A stretch of 64,000 nucleotides of DNA from an uncultured virus (IMG/VR IMGVR_UViG_3300022602_000034). Lineage: Duplodnaviria > Heunggongvirae > Uroviricota > Caudoviricetes. The stretch lies in the IMG/VR virus record IMGVR_UViG_3300022602_000034; one strand, written 5' to 3'. Of this stretch, positions 10,256 to 18,520 are shown piece after piece (positions within the stretch are counted from its first letter, which is position 1; each line of letters opens with the position of its first letter). A model generated the notes under the pieces. The model made no database searches. It saw only the letters and a list, made by a program, of their open reading frames with translations, and was not told where the DNA came from. Both the position numbers and the translations under genes were made by a program.

Positions 10256-11332
10256 ATGACATTAGCAGCATCACCATCACAAATTAGTTTAGGTGGGTCA
10301 AATAGCGGAACATCAATTGAACTAGAGATAGGTCAGTTAAGTGGTGTTTATCCCAACAGCGGTGCGGGCGGCGGCGCTGCTGGTAATGGCAATAGCCCCA
10401 TTAGTTTAGGTGATACTCCTGTATGGAGTGTTATTGGTGGCTACTCAACTAAATCTAATATTAGTATGGATTACTTACGAGGTAGGTCATATAGAACTAA
10501 ACCTGCATATTCTGTTAGTGTCAATCAACATGATGTAACTGTTAATTTATCTTCTCTTCCTAATTACCTAGCAGGTAAAAGTGATGTAACTATCACAGTT
10601 GCATCAGGTGCATATTTATATGCTACAGCAACGACTAATGCTGCATTGACTATTACGGGTGCAACTACAGGTGACACTATAACTGTTATTAATAATGGTT
10701 ATATCATGGGTATGGGCGGCGCAGGCGCAGCAACCGGGGCAATTGCAACCGCCGGCGGTACTGCAATTAGTATTAACTATAATGTAACTATTCAAAATAA
10801 TAGTTATATTGGAGGCGGCGGCGGTGGAGGCGGCGGCTATGCATCCGGTGGCGGTGGTGCCGGCGGTGGTGCCGGCGGTACAGTAAATACCTATTATCAA
10901 TATCTTGGTACTTTATATGCTCAAGGCGGATCAGGTGGTCCTCCGGGACAATCAGGCAGTTCTGCTACTGTTGGTTCTCTTAATAACCAATCCACCTCTG
11001 CTGGAGGTGGCGGTGGAAGAATTATGCCTGGTGTTGGAGGTACCGGCGGTGGCGGCACGGGCTGCCCAGCAGCAAGTGGTGGCGGTGCCGGCGGCGGAGG
11101 CGGAGGCGGACAATATACTTCCGTAGGTGGTGCCGGTGGTGGTGCCGGCGCGCCTGGTAATGACAGTGCCTCACAAGGCGGAAGTGCCGGCGGCGGTGGT
11201 TGGGGCGCCAGTGGCGGTGGCGGCTCATTGACAGGCGCAAGTGCCGGCGCTGCCGGCGGCAAGGCAATAGCACTTAATGGATACTCAGTTACATGGAACA
11301 CATATGGAACTGTATATGGAGCAGTAAGTTAA
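10256..11332 (+). CDS. glycine-rich tail adhesin (T-even gp38-like receptor-binding protein)
   Basis: INNGYIMGMGG, IGGGGGGGG and GGGGGRI glycine-rich motifs; ends WNTYGTVYGAVS. Confidence 0.65.
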   Translation: MTLAASPSQISLGGSNSGTSIELEIGQLSGVYPNSGAGGGAAGNGNSPISLGDTPVWSVIGGYSTKSNISMDYLRGRSYRTKPAYSVSVNQHDVTVNLSSLPNYLAGKSDVTITVASGAYLYATATTNAALTITGATTGDTITVINNGYIMGMGGAGAATGAIATAGGTAISINYNVTIQNNSYIGGGGGGGGGYASGGGGAGGGAGGTVNTYYQYLGTLYAQGGSGGPPGQSGSSATVGSLNNQSTSAGGGGGRIMPGVGGTGGGGTGCPAASGGGAGGGGGGGQYTSVGGAGGGAGAPGNDSASQGGSAGGGGWGASGGGGSLTGASAGAAGGKAIALNGYSVTWNTYGTVYGAVS

Positions 11333-11342
11333 AGGAATAAAA

Positions 11343-11612
11343 ATGAAAACACAATATGCAATATTAAGTCCTGTAACAGGCACATACACAAAGGTAGACG
11401 ATCCAAAACAAGTACCTGCATTGATTGCTCAAGCAGCATTAGATTTCTATCTAGCACATACACATCAATCACCTTATACTATCATTAATGTAAATGATGA
11501 TGGTTCAGAAACCTGGACCAGTATTAAAGGTGAAGTGTTATTTGATAGTGTAGGGGCAAAGAAACAATTAGATTTGTTAATTGCTGCAGGTTATACTCCA
11601 CCCATCAATTAA
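11343..11612 (+). CDS. hypothetical protein between the two adhesin genes
   Basis: 89-aa ORF with SD AAGGA. Confidence 0.55.
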   Translation: MKTQYAILSPVTGTYTKVDDPKQVPALIAQAALDFYLAHTHQSPYTIINVNDDGSETWTSIKGEVLFDSVGAKKQLDLLIAAGYTPPIN

Positions 11613-11620
11613 GACAATCA

Positions 11621-12553
11621 ATGGTAACAAGAACTCCTAGTAGTGGTCAAATTTCAATGAGTGATGTCAATTTAGCATTGACTGGAAAAAATTCTACGGA
11701 TACAGTAAGCCTTAATGACACTGCGGTTAGAAGTTTAGCAGGGGCAGGCTATACAACTAATAATTCTACTATTAGCATGAGTGTTTTGTATGGTAAGATC
11801 AGTTCAACTGTCATTTCACTTACTCTTTCAGGTTCTACTAATACAAATTATGTTTTGCGTAACGCAGCGATTTCTGCAGGATGGGATGGTGTTACTCCTT
11901 TAGTTATGACAGTTACACTTAGTTCAGGTGCAGTATTAGGTTCATCGTCAACAGGTGGATATGCATTTGATACAGGATATCCTTTCCCAACAGGATCAGT
12001 ACTTACTTTAATAAACAATGGATATATAGTAGGAGCAGGTGGAGCAGGTGGAGCAGGTGGAGCCGCACCGAATGCCGGCAACTCTGGTAGCAGTGGTGGA
12101 CCTTCGATGCATATTCAATATCCTATATCTATAACTAATAATGGCACTATTGGTGGCGGAGGCGGAGGCGGAGGCGGCGGAGGCTGTTTTAATTATCTTT
12201 ATGAAAGTGGTGGTAGTGGTGGTGGTGGGGCCGGATATGTTAATGGTCAAGGTGGACCGTTCGTGGCCTCTAGTTTATATTCAAACGGTAATGCTGCATC
12301 ATACGGTGCCGCAGGAAATCCCGGAACTATTACTAGCGGTGGTAGTGGTGGCGCCGGTGGAGTCAATGCAGGACCTGTAACAGGTCAAGCGGGCTCGGGG
12401 GGAGCTGGTGGCAATCTAGGTTTATCCGGGACATTAGGTGGATCTTCTGATGCTAGTGGTGGCGGTGGCGGTTCAGCTGGAGCTGCTATCTTAGGATATT
12501 CAAAAATTACATGGAATACTAGAGGAACAATTAGCGGAGCAACGTCAGGATGA
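11621..12553 (+). CDS. second glycine-rich gp38-like adhesin
   Basis: INNGYIVGAGG and NNGTIGGGGGGG motifs; ends WNTRGTISGA; paralog of 10256..11332. Confidence 0.65.
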   Translation: MVTRTPSSGQISMSDVNLALTGKNSTDTVSLNDTAVRSLAGAGYTTNNSTISMSVLYGKISSTVISLTLSGSTNTNYVLRNAAISAGWDGVTPLVMTVTLSSGAVLGSSSTGGYAFDTGYPFPTGSVLTLINNGYIVGAGGAGGAGGAAPNAGNSGSSGGPSMHIQYPISITNNGTIGGGGGGGGGGGCFNYLYESGGSGGGGAGYVNGQGGPFVASSLYSNGNAASYGAAGNPGTITSGGSGGAGGVNAGPVTGQAGSGGAGGNLGLSGTLGGSSDASGGGGGSAGAAILGYSKITWNTRGTISGATSG

Positions 12554-12645
12554 GCTACTTATTTTGGATACTACTTTTTATAGTTGCCGGTGCGTCAATC
12601 TATTGGATCATGGATTGGAAAAGTCAACATGAAGACGGAGAGTAA
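12550..12645 (+). CDS. small single-TM protein (not in the ORF track)
   Basis: MSYLFWILLFIVAGASIYWIMDWKSQHEDGE*; ATGA overlap with the upstream gene. Confidence 0.45.
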   Translation: MSYLFWILLFIVAGASIYWIMDWKSQHEDGE

Positions 12646-12695
12646 ATGGGTAAATTACTATTGACAGGTATTGTCAATTATGATTAAATATAAGT

Positions 12696-12984
12696 TATTG
12701 CTGTATGAAGCAAAGAGAAAAGTGTTCTGGACGCGGGGGGCAGTGCCCCGCCCGCTCCACCATAAGAGCATAAATTTACTTTGGTATTCCGTGTAAATTT
12801 ACTTTGGTATTGTGTTTTTATGATGGGGCGGTCTTAGATTCGACAGGGCAAAGAGTAACAGAGTGGACAGCACATCAGCAACGATGTAAAAAGAAGAAAA
12901 CAAAGTAAATGCAGCCAATGATGCTGTTTGGGCTCTTGCAGCCTAAATGAGGTTTGAGTAGCGCCTTATAACCAAACGCTACTT
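12696..12984 (+). ncRNA. ssrA: circularly permuted two-piece tmRNA (alphaproteobacterial type)
   Basis: Acceptor piece ends CCGCTCC-ACCA (12752-12762); coding piece starts GGGGCGG...GATTCGAC at 12825, giving a 7-bp stem with G3:U70; T-loop GGCAGTG; tag AANDAVWALAA* at 12911-12946. Outer boundaries are approximate. Confidence 0.9.
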
Positions 12985-12987
12985 AAG

Positions 12988-13011
12988 AAGGCTACTTCGG
13001 TAGCCTTTTTT
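12988..13011 (+). terminator. Rho-independent terminator after the tmRNA
   Basis: AAGGCTAC-TTCG-GTAGCCTT followed by a T-run. Confidence 0.85.
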
Positions 13012-13047
13012 CTTGCGATAAATATATTGTCATATATATAATATAGT

Positions 13048-13359
13048 ATGAGCAACGAACAAGCAAAATTTCTAAATAGCCGTCGCCGTCATAAGACCGA
13101 CGTAGCAATAGCAAGACAGTTAAAGATTGCTAAAGCAGCACATATTCCAGGTACAATGCATAGTCCCAGCGAGAAACAACCTCATCGTTTGGCTAAGCAT
13201 CATGCTATGGATTGTGGTAATCCAAAGTGTTATATGTGTGGTAACCCACGCAAAACACATAAAGATAAACTCACAGCACAGGAACATCGCTTGTTTCAAG
13301 ACCTAGATGGTCATAGAGATAGGCATAGCAACGGGTTGGTAGATGAGTCGGAAGAATAA
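13048..13359 (+). CDS. basic hypothetical protein with a Cys motif
   Basis: CGNPKCYMCGNPR; K/R/H-rich. Confidence 0.65.
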   Translation: MSNEQAKFLNSRRRHKTDVAIARQLKIAKAAHIPGTMHSPSEKQPHRLAKHHAMDCGNPKCYMCGNPRKTHKDKLTAQEHRLFQDLDGHRDRHSNGLVDESEE

Positions 13360-13510
13360 CTTCTGGTCAATTTGGTCTAAAGCATTAGGTGAAAAAGCCC
13401 ATAATGATGATGCCATTGCTGACAAAGTTGCTATAATCAGGACACTAATCGTGTTGTGTTATATTATAACCAACATGTTTATTGTTGCCGGTGTAGTACG
13501 ACACTGGTAA
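13343..13510 (+). CDS. small membrane protein (not in the ORF track)
   Basis: MSRKNNFWSIWSKALGEKAHNDDAIADKVAIIRTLIVLCYIITNMFIVAGVVRHW*; resembles a small protein type common in T4-like phages. Confidence 0.65.
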   Translation: MSRKNNFWSIWSKALGEKAHNDDAIADKVAIIRTLIVLCYIITNMFIVAGVVRHW

Positions 13511-13541
13511 AATTTCATAAACTTTAAAGGAAAATTGAAAA

Positions 13542-14555
13542 ATGAAGAAGGTAATTTCAGCCGTATTCGCATTAACAATCGCAATGTCAGCAATGGCAGA
13601 TGTTAGTGTTTTCGGCACAATGGACGCTGGATATTCTAGCACAAAAGCACCAAACGCTGCAACAACAACTACTGGTTATACTAGTGGTGGAATGACAACA
13701 AGTTTTATTGGCTTCAAGGGCAGTGAAGACTTGGGTAATGGTTCTAAAGCAGTTTTTGAATTAAGTAGCTTCTTGAATGACAGCAACGGTGCTGTACAAG
13801 GTGGTTCGACAGTTAACACATTTGCTCGTTCAGCATACGCTGGCTTGCAAGGTAGTTTTGGTGAACTAACATTGGGTCGTCAAACAAACCCAACATTCTT
13901 GCCAGTGATCTTGTTTAACGCTTATGGCGATAGTGGCGCTTATAGCCCATTATGGCACGCTACTTACTTTGGTAACACAGGTAATGCACAAACTCAGTTG
14001 TACAATGATACAGCATGGGACAACAGCGTAAAATACACAACACCAAGCATCGGTGGTGCAACAGTTAGCTTGCAAAATTCTAAAGGTACAAGTGCTCAAA
14101 ACTTCGGTGGCAATGTATTGTACTTCAAGGGTGATTTGGGCTTGACAGCATTCTATCAAAAGACAGGTTACAATAGTTCTGGTAGTTTCCAAACTGACAT
14201 CTACACAGCTAACCCAGGCACACACTCAACAGAGCGTGGTCTAGGCGCAAGCTATGACTTGAAAGTTGCTAAATTGTTTGCTACATTTACAGAAGGCAAA
14301 GATGCTAAATTGAACATGGATGGCAAGACAACACAAGTGTCTGCAAATGTTCCAATGGGTCCAGGTAGCGTATTGGCAGAAGCTGCACATACACGCTATG
14401 ACAGTGGCACAATTACTACATACGATGAATATGCAGTTGGCTATGACTATAACCTAAGCAAGAAAACTGATGTTTATGCAACAGTTGGTCGCACTTATGT
14501 AACAGCACAAACTGCTGGTCAAACATTGGGTGCAGGTCTACGCATTCGTTTCTAA
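13542..14555 (+). CDS. Gram-negative trimeric porin (betaproteobacterial type)
   Basis: Signal peptide; VSVFGTMDAG, GFKGSEDLGNGSKAVFELS, FGELTLGRQ and GYDYNLSKKTDVYA motifs; C-terminal Phe. Confidence 0.9.
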   Translation: MKKVISAVFALTIAMSAMADVSVFGTMDAGYSSTKAPNAATTTTGYTSGGMTTSFIGFKGSEDLGNGSKAVFELSSFLNDSNGAVQGGSTVNTFARSAYAGLQGSFGELTLGRQTNPTFLPVILFNAYGDSGAYSPLWHATYFGNTGNAQTQLYNDTAWDNSVKYTTPSIGGATVSLQNSKGTSAQNFGGNVLYFKGDLGLTAFYQKTGYNSSGSFQTDIYTANPGTHSTERGLGASYDLKVAKLFATFTEGKDAKLNMDGKTTQVSANVPMGPGSVLAEAAHTRYDSGTITTYDEYAVGYDYNLSKKTDVYATVGRTYVTAQTAGQTLGAGLRIRF

Positions 14556-14577
14556 TCATTGATTAGAGTTCATTAAC

Positions 14578-14600
14578 AAAAGGCTCTACGGAGCCTTTTT
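14578..14600 (+). terminator. Rho-independent terminator after the porin
   Basis: AAAAGGCTC-TACG-GAGCCTTTTT. Confidence 0.85.
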
Positions 14601-14614
14601 ACAATTATATCATT

Positions 14615-15058
14615 ATGGCAAACTTACAAGACTATTTTGACAAAGTAACATACAAACCAACATACGAAATGGGTGCTCGTGTATTAGGTCGTTATCAGGG
14701 TATACCTTTCATTGGTACCGTCGGTAATGATACACAACTGAATGAAACAGATGGTCCTTATCTAACAATTCATTTAGATTTGCCCATTAAGATTGATGAC
14801 ATTGTAAAAAATGTTATAATTGTAAAACATCACGAAGTTAATCCGTTGATTGATTATGATGCGCCTGAAGCTGATCGGATAGCAAGAGCCTCTAAAACTT
14901 CAGGTAGTGGGTTCGACTCCCGCCAGGCGCACCAAAAGAAAACTAAAGTAGAGACAAAGAAAACAAAATCAGAATCTCTATTAGACAGACTTAAAACACT
15001 TAAAGGAAGTAAAAATGTCACTGACACTAAAAAACCTAGAAAGCGCACTAGCAGGTGA
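14615..15058 (+). CDS. hypothetical protein whose 3' part reads through a tRNA gene
   Basis: N-terminal ~80 aa look globular; the C-terminal part is the tRNA translation plus a K-rich tail. Confidence 0.5.
   Translation: MANLQDYFDKVTYKPTYEMGARVLGRYQGIPFIGTVGNDTQLNETDGPYLTIHLDLPIKIDDIVKNVIIVKHHEVNPLIDYDAPEADRIARASKTSGSGFDSRQAHQKKTKVETKKTKSESLLDRLKTLKGSKNVTDTKKPRKRTSR
14861..14934 (+). tRNA. degenerate tRNA with a CTA (amber) anticodon on an Arg-like body
   Basis: Acceptor GCGCCTG/CAGGCGC plus ACCA; D-stem GCTG/TAGC; T-arm GTGGG-TTCGACT-CCCGC; loop CT-CTA-AA; only 3 of 5 anticodon-stem pairs and A instead of U8. Confidence 0.7.
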
Positions 15059-15464
15059 GAGCATGGCTCACATCAAGTATCGCTATTTTGCAAAACTTGC
15101 ACGAGCAGAGGGCTTTGAAGATGTTGCAAAACACTTTGAGCATACAGCAGACCAAGAAATTCTACATGCATGGGGACACTTGGAACTATTGATCGGCAAG
15201 CCAAGCACAAAAGAATGTTTGGATCTTGCAATTGAAGGTGAAACATACGAATTCACAACAATGTATCCCGAGTTTCATCGTGCTGCGGTTCATGAAGGCA
15301 ACACACAGGCCCAATTAGAAGTATTACTACAGATTACTGAATCTAAAGAACATGCAGAACAGTTTAAGGCTGTATTGGCAAAAGCAGAAAAGCGTTTTGC
15401 TGCACTACAAAAAGTAGAAGAACGCCATGCAAAAGCATATCAACAAGTAAAGGACACGCTATAA
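15015..15464 (+). CDS. rbr: rubrerythrin
   Basis: NLESALAGESMA, EILHA, GETYE..MYP and ESKEH di-iron ExxH motifs. Confidence 0.9.
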   Translation: MSLTLKNLESALAGESMAHIKYRYFAKLARAEGFEDVAKHFEHTADQEILHAWGHLELLIGKPSTKECLDLAIEGETYEFTTMYPEFHRAAVHEGNTQAQLEVLLQITESKEHAEQFKAVLAKAEKRFAALQKVEERHAKAYQQVKDTL

Positions 15465-15592
15465 TGGAACACGTATGTATTGTTTGTGGACATGTCCACG
15501 ATGAAGAATTAGAAGGTGCATGGGATTCACTGCCAGATGATTTTACATGCCCTGAATGCGGTGTAGGTAAAGAAGATTACGAGGAGCTATAA
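15464..15592 (+). CDS. rubredoxin (not in the ORF track)
   Basis: MEHVCIVCGHVHDEELEGAWDSLPDDFTCPECGVGKEDYEEL*: two CxxC motifs and W..LP..F.CP.CG. Confidence 0.9.
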   Translation: MEHVCIVCGHVHDEELEGAWDSLPDDFTCPECGVGKEDYEEL

Positions 15593-15810
15593 TGGATATG
15601 GACATAGCAGCAGCATGGTTAGCAGGTAGTATCTTGTTTAGTCTAGGTACAATTGTTATCATTGCAGGCATTATCGTTATCAATAACTTGTTGAGCAAAT
15701 ACTGGAAACCAGTACAGTTCTTCAAGTGGGCAGATCAACCTCCTTCACGCTTTATGACACACGAAGAAGCAGAAAAGATTGCTCCTTCATTTGACGATCC
15801 AAAGAAATGA
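15592..15810 (+). CDS. small membrane protein
   Basis: Hydrophobic N-terminal helix; TAATG coupling; SD GAGGAG. Confidence 0.6.
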   Translation: MDMDIAAAWLAGSILFSLGTIVIIAGIIVINNLLSKYWKPVQFFKWADQPPSRFMTHEEAEKIAPSFDDPKK

Positions 15811-16055
15811 AAACTTGGTTCCTACAACCTCCATACACAGGAGATGATTTAACTTGGTTAGATAGTGCCAATAAAATGGATGATGTGCATGTTGAAGTTG
15901 AAGAACCATATAACTATAATGATAGTGGTTGGTGTGACATGGCAACAGGTCAACAACTAATCACTGACCAACATCACATCTACATATTAACTTTTGGAGA
16001 CAAGGGTGAAATGTGGACTCTGTTGAAATACCAAGACAGAGTTGAATTACGCTAA
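15807..16055 (+). CDS. hypothetical protein, distant member of the F-x-L-[RK]-[WY] family
   Basis: C-terminal KGEMWTLLKY. Confidence 0.55.
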   Translation: MKTWFLQPPYTGDDLTWLDSANKMDDVHVEVEEPYNYNDSGWCDMATGQQLITDQHHIYILTFGDKGEMWTLLKYQDRVELR

Positions 16056-16085
16056 ATAAAAACGACATAACTTAAGGAGAATAAA

Positions 16086-16658
16086 ATGTCACAACAATAG
16101 ATTGAGTACGCATGTAAAGATGTAGTCTTCCACTTTAACAAGAAACATTTAGAAGACCAGACCATTCCAATGTGGACCTTGAAATCACATGGAGAAACCT
16201 TTTATGTCAATCATGTGGAATGCAATGTTCCATGGAGTACTAAAGAGACACCTGATAACCCAAGTACAAAAGGTAGTATCAAAGTCAAAGAAGTATTATT
16301 GACGATTGATCCAGATAACAACGCAATATTAACCAAGTTAACTATCTTTGATAAAGTACGACTACGTAATCAAAAGATGGGCATCACCCGTATCATGTTT
16401 GAACCACACACTGAAATTCACAAAGCATTATTGGCAAATGAATTTAAGCACGGACCACTGAAGCGAATCTCAGCACCTTGCACTACTGTATACATTGTGT
16501 GTGATTTATTAGATAAGGCAGAAACTACATTTGCGGCACTAAAGTACGATTTTAGAGTATTACAACCTAATGATAGTTACTATAAACGATATGATGAAGA
16601 TGGAGACCGCATCAGTGCCGACTATAGTGATCCAGACACCCCGTATGAATATAGTTGA
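16086..16658 (+). CDS. hypothetical protein with an in-frame TAG at codon 5
   Basis: AAGGAG SD, then ATG16086 TCA CAA CAA TAG ATT GAG..., in frame with ORF 16170..16658. Confidence 0.55.
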
Positions 16659-16842
16659 ACTTTTTATAAAACGAGAGGATATCTTTGCAGTCTCTAAGTT
16701 ATTATCTGAGAGTGGTGCAAAGTATTATCCTTTTGAAAGAACATGGGTTAATGTTGGCAGCTTTATGAGTACTGGATACAGAATTAGAGTTGACGATCAT
16801 CCTATTATTAGTTTTATTGCATTGAAATATGCTGTCACATGA
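16645..16842 (+). CDS. hypothetical protein (F-x-x-L-K-Y C-terminus)
   Basis: MNIVELF...IISFIALKYAVT. Confidence 0.5.
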   Translation: MNIVELFIKREDIFAVSKLLSESGAKYYPFERTWVNVGSFMSTGYRIRVDDHPIISFIALKYAVT

Positions 16843-16881
16843 TTGTCATGTTAGGTAAAACCTAAAATCTATAAATAGTAG

Positions 16882-17655
16882 ATGACACAGAAAACTTATC
16901 GCAGTATCTTTATCAGTGATGTACATTTAGGTACCAAAGACTCACAAGCAGAAAAACTAAACAATTTTCTAAAACACAACTCCTGCGAGACACTTTATCT
17001 GGTAGGAGACATACTAGATGTTTGGAAGATTCAACAAAACAAGTGGCGCTGGAAACAAAGCCATACTAATGTCGTTCGCCGTATTCTTGGGCATAGTAAG
17101 CGTGGCACTCGTGTTATATACATTGCTGGAAATCACGATGAGTTTTTGCGCCCACTAATGCCATACAATATCAACTTTGGTAATGTTGAAGTGGTTAATC
17201 AGATTGAACATATAGGATTAGATGGCAATCATTATCTAGTTGTACATGGTGATTTGTTTGATGGTATTACACGATTAGCGCCGTGGTTAAGTTTTTTAGG
17301 TGACAAAGCATATGATTTCATCCTTGCACTCAATAGCAAATTCAATTGGATTCGCCATAGGCTTGGTTTTGGGTACTGGAGCCTTAGCCGTTTCCTTAAG
17401 CATAAGGTCAAAAAAGCGATTGACTTCATTTTCCAGTTTGAAAGAAACCTTGCAGGATACTGCAAAAAACGAGGATACGATGGTGTAATCTGCGGACATA
17501 TTCATCATGCCGAAATAAAAATGATAGATAATATAGTGTACATGAATGATGGTGACTGGGTAGAAAGTTGCACGGCACTAGTTGAAAAATTCGACGGTAC
17601 ATGGGAAATAGTAACCTGGACGAAAGACAAAGATGACAGTATTAATACTATCTAA
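16882..17655 (+). CDS. LpxH/PlcP-like calcineurin-family metallophosphoesterase
   Basis: SDVHLG, LVGDILD, GNHDE, HGDLFD, CGHIH and NDGDWVES motifs. Confidence 0.88.
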   Translation: MTQKTYRSIFISDVHLGTKDSQAEKLNNFLKHNSCETLYLVGDILDVWKIQQNKWRWKQSHTNVVRRILGHSKRGTRVIYIAGNHDEFLRPLMPYNINFGNVEVVNQIEHIGLDGNHYLVVHGDLFDGITRLAPWLSFLGDKAYDFILALNSKFNWIRHRLGFGYWSLSRFLKHKVKKAIDFIFQFERNLAGYCKKRGYDGVICGHIHHAEIKMIDNIVYMNDGDWVESCTALVEKFDGTWEIVTWTKDKDDSINTI

Positions 17656-18520
17656 ACAAGAACGAAACGAATACGAAACTAACCGATTGGTTGAAAGTTT
17701 CACTAATAAAAATATATCAGCAATGGTTGGTCACCCTGATGACTTTGACATTGTTGTTAGTCAAGACTTAAATCAGTCTATCAAGTATAAAGGTCAAGAC
17801 TTTACAAAGCCTGACTTAGTATTAGTTAGATTGGGCGCAGGTATACTACCTTTTCAGTTGGCAATCATTCGTCAATTTGAAGAAATGGGTGTACCTTGTG
17901 TGAACCCAAGCAAGCCAATCAATGTTGTTAGAGATAAACTAAGAACAGGACAGATACTTGCGGCAAATAAGATTGCTATACCAAAGACTATGATGGTTCG
18001 TTATCCTATTGATGATGGGTTAGTAGAGCATCACATAGGTTTTCCTTGTGTTGTTAAACTTGTTACAGGTAGTTATGGCGAAGGTGTATATCTGTGTGAA
18101 CGCAAGCGTGACTATAAGAAACTAATGGAGTTCATTGATACACTTGGTGCAAAGAAAACAATGATTGTGCAAGAATACATGGGAACTAAGCCAGGTGAAG
18201 ACTTGCGTGTATTTGTAGTAGGTGGCAAAGTGATTGGTGCTATGCGTAGAACAGCACCAGAAGGTGACTTTAGAGCAAACATCACAGGTGGTGGCACAGG
18301 CAGTAACTATGAAGTTACACCAGAGATTGAATATCTTGCTAGGGAAACAGCACGAGTACTTGAACTAAACATTGCCGGTGTTGACTTGTTGTTTAGTGAA
18401 ACAGGGTTTGTAGTATGTGAAGCAAATAGTAACCCTGGCTTTAGTGGGTTTGAAAAGTATTGTCAAGTTGATGTAGCTGACCACATCACAGAATATATTA
18501 GATTTAGATTAAACCAATGA
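17633..18520 (+). CDS. RimK-family ATP-grasp ligase
   Basis: RDKL, GSYGEGV, QEY, DLRVFVVGG, FRANITGGG, GVDLL and EANSNPG motifs. Confidence 0.88.
   Translation: MTVLILSKQERNEYETNRLVESFTNKNISAMVGHPDDFDIVVSQDLNQSIKYKGQDFTKPDLVLVRLGAGILPFQLAIIRQFEEMGVPCVNPSKPINVVRDKLRTGQILAANKIAIPKTMMVRYPIDDGLVEHHIGFPCVVKLVTGSYGEGVYLCERKRDYKKLMEFIDTLGAKKTMIVQEYMGTKPGEDLRVFVVGGKVIGAMRRTAPEGDFRANITGGGTGSNYEVTPEIEYLARETARVLELNIAGVDLLFSETGFVVCEANSNPGFSGFEKYCQVDVADHITEYIRFRLNQ

Noticed and set aside
10616..12380. Pro-rich and other alternate-frame ORFs over the adhesin genes
   Set aside because: Shadows of GGN glycine codon runs
15543..15725. Minus-strand 60-aa ORF (and similar short antisense ORFs such as 13445..13642)
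   Set aside because: Overlap better-supported plus-strand genes
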